The position numbers and the translations under genes were made by a program. A DNA stretch of 64,000 nt from Terriglobia bacterium (GTDB lineage: Bacteria > Acidobacteriota > Terriglobia > Terriglobales > Acidobacteriaceae). This document shows positions 1 to 13,098 of this stretch, piece after piece. The notes under the pieces are model-generated. The model was not told the origin of the DNA. It did no database searches and worked only from the letters and a program-made list of their open reading frames with translations. The stretch is taken from the NCBI GenBank assembly GCA_963788945.1, contig CAWBJB010000005.1:993012-1057011 (forward strand). The letters are read 5' to 3'. How positions within the stretch are numbered: the first letter of the stretch is position 1; the number at the start of each line of letters is the position of its first letter.

Positions 1-347
1 GGTTCGTGATCCGGCACTACGGGGTCGAAGGGCTGCAATACCACATTCGGCAGCACGTCGAGTTGGCGCAGAACTTCGCCGCTTGGGTCAAGTGTGACGA
101 CCGCTTCGAGTTGGCAGCGCCCGTGCCCTTGAACCTGGTGTGCTTCCGCCACAAAGACGGAGATAGTGGCAATCAAACTTTGATGGACCGCCTCAATCGC
201 AGCGGGGACCTTTATCTTACGCATACACGGTTGAATGATCGCCTGACATTGCGGCTGTGCGTGGGCCAGACAAATACGACGGCGCGGCATGTGGAGAAGG
301 TTTGGAAGCGGATTCAGGAGGAGGCTGCGAAACTGAGTTCAGGTTAG
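1..347 (+). CDS. PLP-dependent group II (aromatic-L-amino-acid/glutamate type) decarboxylase, C-terminal fragment; 5' end outside window
   Basis: Frame of ORF 6..347 is open to the window edge. The C-terminal small-domain sequence (PLNLVCFRH, GDLYLTHTRL, LRLCVGQTNT) is typical of this family. Confidence 0.7.
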   Translation, partial: FVIRHYGVEGLQYHIRQHVELAQNFAAWVKCDDRFELAAPVPLNLVCFRHKDGDSGNQTLMDRLNRSGDLYLTHTRLNDRLTLRLCVGQTNTTARHVEKVWKRIQEEAAKLSSG

Positions 348-366
348 GGTCCAACAATAGTCCGCT

Positions 367-867
367 TCACGGTGACACAAGCACGAGCCGGACGCTCGCG
401 CCTACATCCGAGCGAATGGAGCGACGGGCGTCCCCGCCCCTCCCATCCCGGACGCATCGCAGACGAGCCCTGCGGGCGAGATACTTTCCTCGGCCCGTCA
501 GGAATCGAGCCAGCATGTCCGCCACTGCTTCGAGCAACACGCGGTCTTCCGCGCCAAAGCCATTTTCCCGATCGCTCTCAACGCTTAGCACCCCCAGCTC
601 CCGCGACGCCAACTTCATCGAGATGAGTATCTTGGATCGAGTCTCTGGAAGCGCAACTTTATCAGGTGAATCGCCGCCCGCGCCTAACGATTGTTGAGGC
701 GCATCTTCCCCGACTGCCAGGAAGATTCCGACCCAGGCATAGTGCCGGCCTCGACAAAGCAGGTCGATCACATCGTCCAGCGGAGAATGATGCGCGGACG
801 GCCGGCTGGAGGCGAGCAAGCATTCGACGTCAGCCAGAAGCTGGCGCGTGGGACGATAAACTTTCAA
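367..867 (-). CDS. small GAF domain protein
   Basis: 166-aa ORF with HYAWVGIFL...LGVLSVESD...FGAEDRVLLEAVADMLA, as in free-standing GAF proteins. The last ~30 codons run through a GC-rich palindromic repeat (about 380-460). Confidence 0.55.
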   Translation of the reverse strand: MKVYRPTRQLLADVECLLASSRPSAHHSPLDDVIDLLCRGRHYAWVGIFLAVGEDAPQQSLGAGGDSPDKVALPETRSKILISMKLASRELGVLSVESDRENGFGAEDRVLLEAVADMLARFLTGRGKYLARRARLRCVRDGRGGDARRSIRSDVGASVRLVLVSP

Positions 868-990
868 GGGCGAGTCCTGGAGGCAAGAAAAATCGAGGCC
901 AGTTTAACTGCGGGCGGAGGGAGGGTCAACGGTTTTGGGAGCACCACTTGGCAGTTAGCAATTGGCTTCGTCCGGGGGCGAAAGTGACGA

Positions 991-1028
991 TTGCTAGGTG
1001 CTATTGCCAAGTGCTAGTTGCTAGTTCC
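991..1028. repeat. short intergenic repeat cluster (TTGCTAG / TTGCCAAGTGC type)
   Basis: ttgctaggtgctattgccaagtgctagttgctagttcc. Related strings occur at 7668-7694, 12852-12871 and 16821-16850, always just downstream of genes. Confidence 0.4.
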
Positions 1029-1035
1029 CCCGCTC

Positions 1036-2010
1036 CTACCTCTTCTCCAATTCCTTGGGCTTGTCCGGTATGGGATGGGCGGAGGCGTCGGGTCTCCAGG
1101 CTGTGGGATTGGCGCCGGCGGATGGATTTACACCGAAATCCCACACGTAAAGATTCATTCCATCTTTCCCCAACAGCTCGATTAGCGCGTACTCCCCGGG
1201 ATCAAGATCGCTCGATGGCGTTACCTTCACCCAGCCGCCAGTTAGTTTAGTGGCAGTGGTCGGGACAAGTTTCTGCTCCTGGGTTACCTTGCCGTAGATC
1301 GCGATCTTGATGTCGCCGACAATACGCTTGTCCTTGTTGTTATTTTGCAGGCGAACGATACGGAAACGATCCCAGGGTAGCTGTTCTTCTTTAGTCTTCT
1401 CGGCAATCTGAGTTACTTTGTCGAGCTGGTCTTGCTGGTCCAGGTTGACGTAAATCGCGGGCACGGAGACGTGTGCCTGAATCTTGGCATGCAACCCGGG
1501 CAGCTCAATGATCTGTTTGTTTTTGGCAATAGGGTTGATTGTCGCGCGCAGGATGTTGCCCTTCATGTTCCGGTTGAGCTCGCCGCTGCTCTGCTGCAAT
1601 TCGACCAACTGGGGTTGGGTCTGGAAGGTATCGAGCAGAATGATGCCGCCGTCGTCCGGCAAGCGCAGCCCGGGAGCCACATGCGGCGACCTGGCTTCGT
1701 CGGCCTGGCGCTCAGCTTCTAATTCTTTATCGAGCGCCACGGCTTCCGGGGCGGGCTTGCCCGCGGCACGGTCTTTTTCGTACTTGTCCGTCGCGGCCCA
1801 ATCCACCATTGACTTGGGGACTTCTTCCCACTCATTGCGTTCGGCGCTCAGGTAACGCACGCGCTCGCCCCTGATCTCCCACTTGGTGGCTAGCTGGTAG
1901 GTGCCGTCGGTCAGGATCAGGCGCTTGGCGAGCTCCTGCGCAGGCATAGGCGTAGCCGACACCAGGAAGAAAACCAGCAGGCCGATTGCGAGACGAGAAA
2001 CCTGACGCAT
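1036..2010 (-). CDS. exported hypothetical protein
   Basis: 324-aa ORF with an N-terminal signal peptide (MRQVSRLAIGLLVFFLVSATPMPAQE). I recognise no family. Confidence 0.55.
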   Translation of the reverse strand: MRQVSRLAIGLLVFFLVSATPMPAQELAKRLILTDGTYQLATKWEIRGERVRYLSAERNEWEEVPKSMVDWAATDKYEKDRAAGKPAPEAVALDKELEAERQADEARSPHVAPGLRLPDDGGIILLDTFQTQPQLVELQQSSGELNRNMKGNILRATINPIAKNKQIIELPGLHAKIQAHVSVPAIYVNLDQQDQLDKVTQIAEKTKEEQLPWDRFRIVRLQNNNKDKRIVGDIKIAIYGKVTQEQKLVPTTATKLTGGWVKVTPSSDLDPGEYALIELLGKDGMNLYVWDFGVNPSAGANPTAWRPDASAHPIPDKPKELEKR

Positions 2011-2120
2011 AGGGATTAGTAAGTTAGATGCAGCCTCAGACGCCCAGTGTACTCCGCGAGAGCGCGTCCTTCACATGCGGAAGTCGGTTCAGGTGGCGAA
2101 CATCATGAATCACAAGAGAT

Positions 2121-2184
2121 ACGAAGTACCGCGAAGGCTTTAGTTTGAAGGGTCTACTTCGCGTACCATCGTGTCCTTCGTGGT
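2121..2184. repeat. ACGAAGGTAC/CACGAAGG-type palindromic repeat
   Basis: acgaagtaccgcgaagg...cttcgcgtaccatcgtgtccttcgtggt. Same family as 3961-4037 and 13025-13085. Confidence 0.45.
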
Positions 2185-2272
2185 AAAAGCTTTTTCTTCC
2201 TAGTCACCCGAAAACATTTCTGGCATAATTGGTCGTGCACCCATCCTGCACAAAATCTCAAAGACAATTTAA

Positions 2273-3958
<1,686 letters not shown>

Positions 3959-3960
3959 TT

Positions 3961-4037
3961 AACCACCGAGTACACAGAGGACACCGAGGAAACTCCTAAG
4001 AACCGGTGAGATTTCTTTCTCAGTGCCCTCCGTGGTT
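3961..4037. repeat. CACCGAGGA/CACAGAGGA-type palindromic repeat between pyrG and kdsA
   Basis: The arms aaccaccgag...ctccgtggtt are inverted, with an internal tacacagaggacaccgagga. Confidence 0.45.
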
Positions 4038-4042
4038 CAAAC

Positions 4043-4885
4043 ATGACCACTTCCTTTCAAATCGACAATGTCCGCATCGGCGCAGGCAATCTTTTTCTGA
4101 TCGCCGGCCCTTGCGTGATCGAGAGCGAGAAGCACGCCCTGTTCATGGCGGAAGTGATCAAGGGCGTCACACGCTCGCTGAATTTTCCTTTCATCTTCAA
4201 GGCCTCTTACGACAAGGCCAACCGCACTTCCATTCGCAGCTATCGCGGTCCGGGGCTGGCGGAGGGTCTGCGCATCCTGAAAAAAGTGAAAGATGAAGTG
4301 CACGTACCCATTCTGACTGACGTGCACGAAACCGCCGACGTGGCCAAGGTCGCGGAGGTCGCAGACATTTTGCAGATTCCAGCGTTCCTCTGCCGTCAGA
4401 CCGATCTGGTCGTAGCCGCGGCCATGACGGAGCGCGTCGTCAACATCAAGAAGGGCCAGTTCGTCTCGCCCGCCGATATGCGGCACATCGTGGAGAAATG
4501 CCGCACCGCGGGCAACGACAAAGTCTTCGTGACCGAGCGCGGATCGAGCTTCGGCTACAACAATCTCGTGGTGGACATGCGTGCGCTCGCCATCATGCGC
4601 AAATTCGTTCCGGTGGTCTTCGACGCCACCCATTCGGTGCAGCTGCCGTCATCTGCCGCCGACGGAGATCACGCCGTGAGCGGAGGACAGCCCGAGTTCA
4701 TTCCGGTGCTGGCGCGCGCGGCAGTGGCGGCGGGCGTGGATGGAATATTCATGGAAGTCCACGACAATCCCAAGGAAGCCAAGTCCGACGGGGCGAACGC
4801 GCTGGAGTCAACCAAGCTGCGCGGAGTCTTGAAAGAATTGCAGGCGATACAGAATGCGCTACCCGCGGCGCATGCTAAACCGTGA
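4043..4885 (+). CDS. kdsA: 3-deoxy-8-phosphooctulonate synthase
   Basis: Intact 280-aa ORF with LFLIAGPCVIES, FKASYDKANRTS, QIPAFLCRQTDL and DATHSVQ. Confidence 0.95.
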   Translation: MTTSFQIDNVRIGAGNLFLIAGPCVIESEKHALFMAEVIKGVTRSLNFPFIFKASYDKANRTSIRSYRGPGLAEGLRILKKVKDEVHVPILTDVHETADVAKVAEVADILQIPAFLCRQTDLVVAAAMTERVVNIKKGQFVSPADMRHIVEKCRTAGNDKVFVTERGSSFGYNNLVVDMRALAIMRKFVPVVFDATHSVQLPSSAADGDHAVSGGQPEFIPVLARAAVAAGVDGIFMEVHDNPKEAKSDGANALESTKLRGVLKELQAIQNALPAAHAKP

Positions 4886-4937
4886 GCAGGCTGGTCTTGT
4901 GAATCTGTTACCATGGCGGCCTTACGGGAGAGGTCGC

Positions 4938-6042
4938 ATGAAATATTTTTGGTTGGCAATCCTCACCGCGGGTTTATTCACAACGTTTACGACGTCTAGC
5001 GCGCAAACCGCCTCCGCGCCCGCTTCGAGTCGCGATCGCCGGCATGGTTCACGGTCACGTCGAAGGCTTTTTCCAGCGCTCGCTGCACCGGCCCGATATC
5101 CAGATTGTCGGAATCTCCGAACCTGACACGAAAGTCGCGGCGCGTTATGCGACGCAGTTCAACCTCGACCGCAGTTTGATCTTTACCGATCTCGAAGACA
5201 TGCTGCAAAAGACCCATCCGCAAGCCGTACTGGCGTACACCAATACTTTTGACCACCGAAAAGTGGTGGAGATATGCGCCCGCCACGAAATTCACGTCAT
5301 GATGGAAAAGCCGCTGGCGGTCAGCGCCGAGGATGCACACGCCATCGCCGATGCCGCGCGTAAGGGAAAGATCAAGGTGCTGGTGAACTACGAGACCTCC
5401 TGGTATCGCAGCAACCACGCGGCCTATGACATGGTCCACGACAAATCGATTGGCGACATTCGCAAGGTCGTCGTCCACGATGGGCATCAGGGCCCGAAGG
5501 AAATCAATGTGGCTCCTGAGTTCTTCGCATGGCTCAACGATCCCAAGCTGAACGGCGCCGGAGCGCTCTACGATTTCGGCTGCTATGGCGCCGATTTGAT
5601 GACCTGGCTGATGGATGGGCAGCGACCAATATCCGTGATCGCAACGACTCAGCAGATCAAGCCTGACATTTATCCGCGAGTGGATGATGAGGCGAACATC
5701 ATCCTGACGTATCCCAAGGCAGTGGCGATCTTGCAGCCTTCGTGGAACTGGCCTTTCGACCGCAAGGATATGGAAGTGTACGGCCAGACCGGCTACGTGA
5801 TCACGGTTCGCCATGACGATGTGCGTGTGCGGCTCAAAGGAGGAGAGGAGCAACTGCTGCCGGCCAAGCCGGTTGCGGCTCCTTACGATGATTCGTTGTC
5901 GCTGTTCCGGGCGGTGGTTCTGGACGGAGTCGCGCCCGGCGCGCCTTCGTCTCTCGAAACTAATGTTATTGTTGCCGAAATTCTGGACGCAGCCCGGCGT
6001 TCGGCGGCTTCCGGGAAATCTGTCCGACTCGCGGGAGATTGA
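4938..6042 (+). CDS. exported Gfo/Idh/MocA family oxidoreductase (one frameshift)
   Basis: The signal peptide MKYFWLAILTAGLFTTFTTSSAQTASAP is in frame 0 and the Rossmann start LRVAIAGMVHGHV is in frame 1. Deleting one C from CCC at 5019-5021 joins them. The body is ORF 5044..6042. Confidence 0.85.
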
Positions 6043-6184
6043 AGTTCGCGTGTAATGTGGGCGCGAGCGTCCCGCTCGGCGGCAGCGTTGAAGCGCCGCC
6101 CTGCGAAAAGCCTTTGGAACGCCAGTTCATTGGTTCTCTCGCACGAGCGTGACACTCGCGCCTACGTTTTTATCTCATCGCCTG

Positions 6185-7329
6185 ATGCACATCTTCTGCA
6201 CCATTGCCGGAATTGTTTCCATCCTGGGCATCCTGCTGGATGCCTTCGAGACGGTCGTGCTGCCGCGGCGCGTGCAGCGCAGTTTCCGCCTGACCAGCTG
6301 GTTCTATCGCCGCACCTGGATTCCGTATCGAGCGATCGCCAGGCGCATTCCATCACGGGCGCGGCGGGAAAATTTTCTAAGCTACTTCGGACCGCTGTCG
6401 CTGATCTTCCTGCTGATTTTGTGGGCGGCCGGACTGATCTTTGGCTTCGCCCTGCTGCAATACGGAGTGGGTGAGCACTTCCGTCTAAGCGGAGAGCCGC
6501 TTACTTTTGGCCTGCTGGTCTATCACAGCGGCGAGACTTTTTTCACCCTGGGCTACGGCGACATCATCCCCGAGCTCCGGTCTGGCTCGCGCCTTGGCGG
6601 TAGTGGAATCCGGACTGGGCTTCGGCTTTCTGGGCGTGGTGATCGGTTATTTGCCGACGATTTATTCGTCATTTTCCCGTCGCGAGATCGAAATCTCCCT
6701 GCTCGATGCGCGGGCGGGTTCGCCTCCGTCGGCTGCCGAACTCTTGTCGCGGTTCGGAAACTGTCCGCAACAGGCGGTGCTCGACCAGATTTTCAAGGAC
6801 TGGGAACGCTGGGCGGCGGAGGTGCTGGAGAGTCATCTGTCATATCCCGCGCTCAGCTTTTTTCGTTCGCAGCACAACAATCAGTCCTGGCTGGGAGCGC
6901 TGATCACGATTCTGGATGCCAGCGCGCTGGTGATCGCCGGCGTAGACGGCCTGCGCAACGAGCAGGCCAAGATTACCTTCGCCATGGCGCGGCACGCGGT
7001 GGTTGACCTGGCGCAGGTCGTGAATGCGCGCTACAACCCGAACGCCGCGGACCGGTTGCCAGAGCTGCAACTGAATCGGCTGCGCCAAAAACTGGCAGAG
7101 CGCGGAGTGAAGCTGGCGCGAGGGTGCCGCGTTTGAGGAGAAGCTCGACCATCTTCGTTCGCAATATGAACCCTACGCGGTGGCAATTGCGCTCAATCTG
7201 TCGATTGACTTGCCGCCATGGATTCATCCCGAGAGACAGAAAGACAACTGGCAGGCCGGTCCCTGGGACCGGGCCATTCAAGCCAGAGGCCTGGCGGGAC
7301 GGGTACAGAGCATGGATGATCATTTCTGA
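6185..7329 (+). CDS. potassium-channel-like membrane protein (two frameshifts)
   Basis: TM helices plus the pore signature TLGYGD (ORF 6149..7006). It continues in ORF 6507..7136 and then in a third frame to the TGA at 7327-7329. Confidence 0.7.
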
Positions 7330-7720
7330 AGAAGCTGTCAGCTCTCAGCTATGAGTTCTAGCCTTTAGCTTTCCTTTCGGTCTTGCATCTTGTATTCGGC
7401 TGTATGGTCAATGACGAGTACCGTTTGGAGCAAAAGAGTGCCGGAGGGACGCCGGATAGTACCCCGGCGTTTCAACGCTGCGGTGGCGCCCAAGATGCTC
7501 CGGTCCGTAGGGACGGCTAAAACTTTTCCACAAATGCCAGAGGTTCGGTTCAGCCGTGCCTGCGGCACGGGCATCCTCGCGCCTGCCCACGCGACCTGCC
7601 ATTGAGGTGGTGGGCTACTATCAATGGTCTCTCCGGGACCGCTGGAATGCGTCACGTTTGTGGAAACTTGCCAATTGCCAAGTGCCGTCTGCCGCGTTCT
7701 GCTAACATCTGTTTTCTTCC

Positions 7721-8753
7721 ATGAAGCATATTGGCGAAAACGTAGTCCGCATCGAGGCTGAGGCCTTGCGCGCGCTCGCGGATCGCATCGCGGGACCCAT
7801 GGCTGCGGCGTTCGATCGACGCGGTCGAGTTGATCTATGCCTGCGCTGGCCGGGTGGTGGTCACGGGCATGGGCAAGAGCGGCATCATTGCGCGCAAGAT
7901 CGCGGCCACACTGAGTTCGACTGGGACTCCTGCGCTGTTCATGCATCCGGTTGACGCGGTGCATGGAGACCTTGGCATGGTGGTACGCGGGGATGTGGTG
8001 CTGGCTCTTTCGGCCAGCGGCGAGACGGAAGAAATTCTGCGGTTGCTGGCGACTCTCAAGCGACTGCAGGTGCCGCTGATCAGCATGACCGGGGATGCGG
8101 TCTTTGAAGGACGGGAAAAAGCCACGGGCGAGGTCGCCCGCGACCACACAATCTACATCACAAGATATCTACGCTGGCGGCGGCGGCGGATGTTGCACTG
8201 GATTGCTCCGTGGCCCAGGAAGCTTGCGGACTTGGGTTGGCGCCGACTGCTTCGACCACGGCCATGCTGGCGCTGGGCGACGCGCTGGCTATGGCTCTCG
8301 CCGAGAAGCGCGGCTTCAAGGAAGAAGATTTTGCCAATCTGCATCCCGGCGGAAAGCTGGGCAAGCGTCTGGCCAAGGTCGAATCGCTGATGCACACCGG
8401 AGAGGCTGTGCCGCGAGGTCACGCCGCAGACCAAAATGCCGGATGTGATCTACGAAATGTCGCGCAAGAAACTGGGTGTGACCGCTGTAGTTGATGGCAA
8501 GAAGCTGGTGGGCGTGATCAGCGATGGCGATTTGCGGCGGCTGCTGGAAAAGCGCGGCAAGGATGTGCTGGATCTGACCGCGGGCGAGTGCATGACCGCC
8601 AAGCCCAGAACTATCGGGGCGAACGAATTCGCGGCTACGGCGCTGGCGTTGATGGAAGAAAAGAAAATCACCTCGTTGGTGGTGGTCGATGGCGCGAACA
8701 CTCTTTTGGGAATCGTCCACCTGCACGATTTGTGGGGAACGGAGATGATGTAG
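7721..8753 (+). CDS. kdsD: arabinose-5-phosphate isomerase (SIS + tandem CBS), three frame changes and a repeat-derived insert
   Basis: Contains GRVVVTGMGKSG, STLAAAADVALDCSVAQEACGLGLAPTASTTAMLALGDA, HPGGKLG and a CBS pair. The pieces lie in ORFs 7721, 7830, 8210 and 8436. Confidence 0.85.
8097..8167. repeat. REP-type hairpin element inside kdsD
   Basis: About 70 extra nt lie between SMTGD and STLAAAADV. The core cacGGGCGaggtCGCCCgcgaccac (8123-8147) matches the repeat family seen at 18895, 19022, 21067 and 58191. Confidence 0.6.
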
Positions 8754-8824
8754 CGCCGGCCTCCGGCCGGCTCGATGGGCGGGCGAGACGCCCGCCGCAC
8801 AGCCGGCGGGACGCCGGCGCTACA
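8749..8824. repeat. nested GC-rich palindromic (REP) element at the kdsD 3' end
   Basis: Outer arms are tgtagcgccggc (8749-8760) and gccggcgctaca (8813-8824). The inner hairpin is GGGCGGGCGagaCGCCCGCC (8777-8796). Confidence 0.7.
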
Positions 8825-8832
8825 ATAAAACC

Positions 8833-9042
8833 ATGTACCACTACGATCCGACGACCGCGCTGGAAGAACTCACCGAAGACGCTACGCTGCCCAACCCCGT
8901 ACACGTGCGCGACATGATTTTGCGGAAAAAACTCGGGCCGGACAAGTCGCTCGAGCTGAACCGTCTGTTCGTCGAATATCAGAAGTTTTTCGGCGAGGCG
9001 CAGAAGCTGGGGAAAGAGATATTGAAGCAGTTGGCCGGTTAA
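8833..9042 (+). CDS. small hypothetical protein (69 aa)
   Basis: ATG-started ORF between two REP elements. I recognise no family. Confidence 0.35.
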   Translation: MYHYDPTTALEELTEDATLPNPVHVRDMILRKKLGPDKSLELNRLFVEYQKFFGEAQKLGKEILKQLAG

Positions 9043-9088
9043 AAAGCGATCAATCTCGTCTCTCGTAGTTTTCTGGCGATGCACAAGT

Positions 9089-9153
9089 CGGGCGGGTGCC
9101 CCACCCAGCCGAGCAAAGCTCCGCAGCTCCGGCGAGCTTTGCTCGCCCGCCCG
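9089..9153. repeat. nested palindromic REP element upstream of proS
   Basis: cgggcggg (9089-9096) pairs with cccgcccg (9146-9153). Inner arms are gagcaaagctc (9111-9121) and gagctttgctc (9134-9144). Confidence 0.65.
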
Positions 9154-9229
9154 GTCGGGCGTCCCGGCCTACCTGGACATTACTCATCATTTACAATAAT
9201 CAATTCCCTGCTGCCCAGGACTCCTAACT

Positions 9230-10963
<1,734 letters not shown>

Positions 10964-11030
10964 CCGGATTATTTCGAAAAAAATCTACGGTCTGCGCGCT
11001 GAACCTGTCTAGCGCGCGACCGGAAGCGGA

Positions 11031-11393
11031 GTGCGCATGGGCTCGATGAAAATGGTTTCTGGCATTGTCGTCATTGTGGGCGCGGTCTATCTGATCGCCG
11101 CCCTGGCTCCACCCTTCTTCTCCAACTACCAGTTTGAGGACGCCATCAGGACCGAAGCCCAGATGGACACCTACAACACCAAGACCGAAGACCAGATCCG
11201 CGATGCCGTCTTCAAGAAAGCGCAGGAGATGGATGTCCCGGTCACCCGGGAACAGATCAAGGTTCAGCGCAGCGGGGTAACCGGCACCGGCTCGATCAGC
11301 ATCGAGGCCCCCTACATCGTGCACATCAGTCTGCCAGGCTATCCTGTGGACTTGAACTTCGATCCGAGCACCAGAAACAAGGGAATTATGTAG
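11031..11393 (+). CDS. small membrane-anchored protein (DUF4845-like)
   Basis: 120-aa ORF with one N-terminal TM helix followed by PPFFSNYQFEDAIRTEAQ. The family assignment is from memory only. Confidence 0.45.
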   Translation: MRMGSMKMVSGIVVIVGAVYLIAALAPPFFSNYQFEDAIRTEAQMDTYNTKTEDQIRDAVFKKAQEMDVPVTREQIKVQRSGVTGTGSISIEAPYIVHISLPGYPVDLNFDPSTRNKGIM

Positions 11394-11613
11394 AGCGCCA
11401 GCGCCGGGAATAGGCGCAGGCCGCATAGGAACCTGGAACGACAACCCCTCTTACTTCCGTACTCTTGTTTCCCAATCCGGTAACTACCTACCATTCAGGA
11501 ATACTGCGGAAAGCGCCCAATTGGGCGGCTGGCGCACTTTTTCGCCAGGGTCGGCAACCCTGGTGCACCGGAGTGTAACAGTCCGCCAGGGTTCGGGATG
11601 GTATGGAGGATGT

Positions 11614-12826
11614 ATGAAGTGGGAATAGGGTCCTTTTTCTGGTGCTCGCCGCGGTCGCGATGTTGGGCTGGGCCGGGTGTGGCGGAGGCTGTCCCGCCGG
11701 CTACCCCACAGACCGGCTCCGGTTCCGGTGCAACCGGCGGCGGGAACTCAACCAAAGGCACGGCTTGCGGGCCGGGGACCAACCCGGGCGGAGGAGCAAG
11801 TACTGCAGCCTTGCTGTACTACCTCGGCACCAGCAATATTCTGGGCGCCAGCCTCAGCACCACCGGGACCTTTGCCCCACTCACATCGCTTTACACCGCC
11901 GACGCTTCCGAGCAGTGTGGGCAATGACATGGTCATCGTGAACAAGAAATTTCTGTACCTGCCGCAGAGCGATTCCCTGACCATTCAAGGCGTTCACCAT
12001 TGATCACAGCGCTGGCGCTTTGACCGCGATCACCGGAAGTCCATTCGCCACCGCGGGCGCGGACTCCGTCGCCAGCGATCCCGCCGGTCGCTTCCTGTTT
12101 GTTGGGAATCGAAATGCGGGATCGATTTCCGTTTTTCAGATCAACGCCACCACCGGAGCCCTGGTAGCGGCTCCAGGTTCTCCCTTCTTCGCTTTCAATC
12201 TCGACTTTGCCGCGCTGTTGGCGGTGGATGGAACGGGAAAATTTCTGTACGTGGGCCAAGACTTGCCTCCCCTGCCGATTTATGCCTTCTCCATTGATCA
12301 GAATACCGGCGCTCTTTCACCGGTAGTGGGAAGTCCTTTCGGCTTGAACGTGGCAGGCGTTCGAACCGATTTCCTGGGCAAGTTCGCGGTCGGTATCACC
12401 GGCAACACCGGGGACAATCACTTGTACGTTTTCGCCATTGATCCCACGACCGGAGCGTTGGCAGCCGTCAACAATTCTCCTTTCACGACTGTGGCTTCGA
12501 CCCCGCTGAACCTGCAGATTCATCCCAGCAGCCAATTCGTCTACAGCTTCGGACTTGATAGCAACAGCGTGTATACCGCCATCGAAGGTTTCGCCATTGA
12601 TCCCACCACCGGGGCCTTGACCGCTCTGGCGGGTTCGCCGTTCACCGCCCCGCCCATCGTGGCCGTCTGCAAGTGGGACCAGGGAGGCGCAGAGGCGTTC
12701 TGCGCCAATGCGGCAACCAGCGCGTTCTCGATTCTGGACACCAACACTTCCACCGGCGCCCTTACGCACACGGTGACGGATTTGACCGTCCCGAGCAATG
12801 CGGTTCCGTTCGCGCCCACAGACTAA
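11614..12826 (+). CDS. lactonase-type 7-bladed beta-propeller lipoprotein (about 3-4 frameshifts)
   Basis: RBS ggagga, an ATG at 11614 and the lipobox MLGWAGC in one frame. Repeated GALxAxxGSPF blades fill ORF 12020..12826. It is a paralogue of 51054..52274. Confidence 0.7.
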
Positions 12827-13024
12827 AGTCTCGCACCTTTGGACAGTATTCGACTGCCAACTGCCGATAGGTTAAAAACACGCGCCGGCAGGTTAAAATG
12901 GCTTATCTCTATCCGAAATCAATCGAGGGTTGTGCAGGGTTCGTTCGCCGGGAAGAGATTTGCTTGTCTCGGATAACGGAAGCGCTAAAGTCCGTCGTCT
13001 AAGCCTGGGGCGCATCAACCCTGC

Positions 13025-13085
13025 GTGTACCTTCGTGTCCTTGGTGGTTGATGCCTTAGAGCCAGAATACGAAGGTACACGAAGG
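13025..13085. repeat. ACGAAGGTACAC-type palindromic repeat just upstream of mrcA
   Basis: gtgtaccttcgt and acgaaggtacac form a perfect 12-bp inverted repeat flanking about 35 nt. Confidence 0.55.
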
Positions 13086-13098
13086 AAAGCATCGAATT

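Noticed and set aside
6149-7354. Several overlapping 60-285-aa ORFs as separate small genes
   Set aside because: They are consecutive frames of a single K+ channel-like gene. The protein sequence continues seamlessly across two 1-nt slips.
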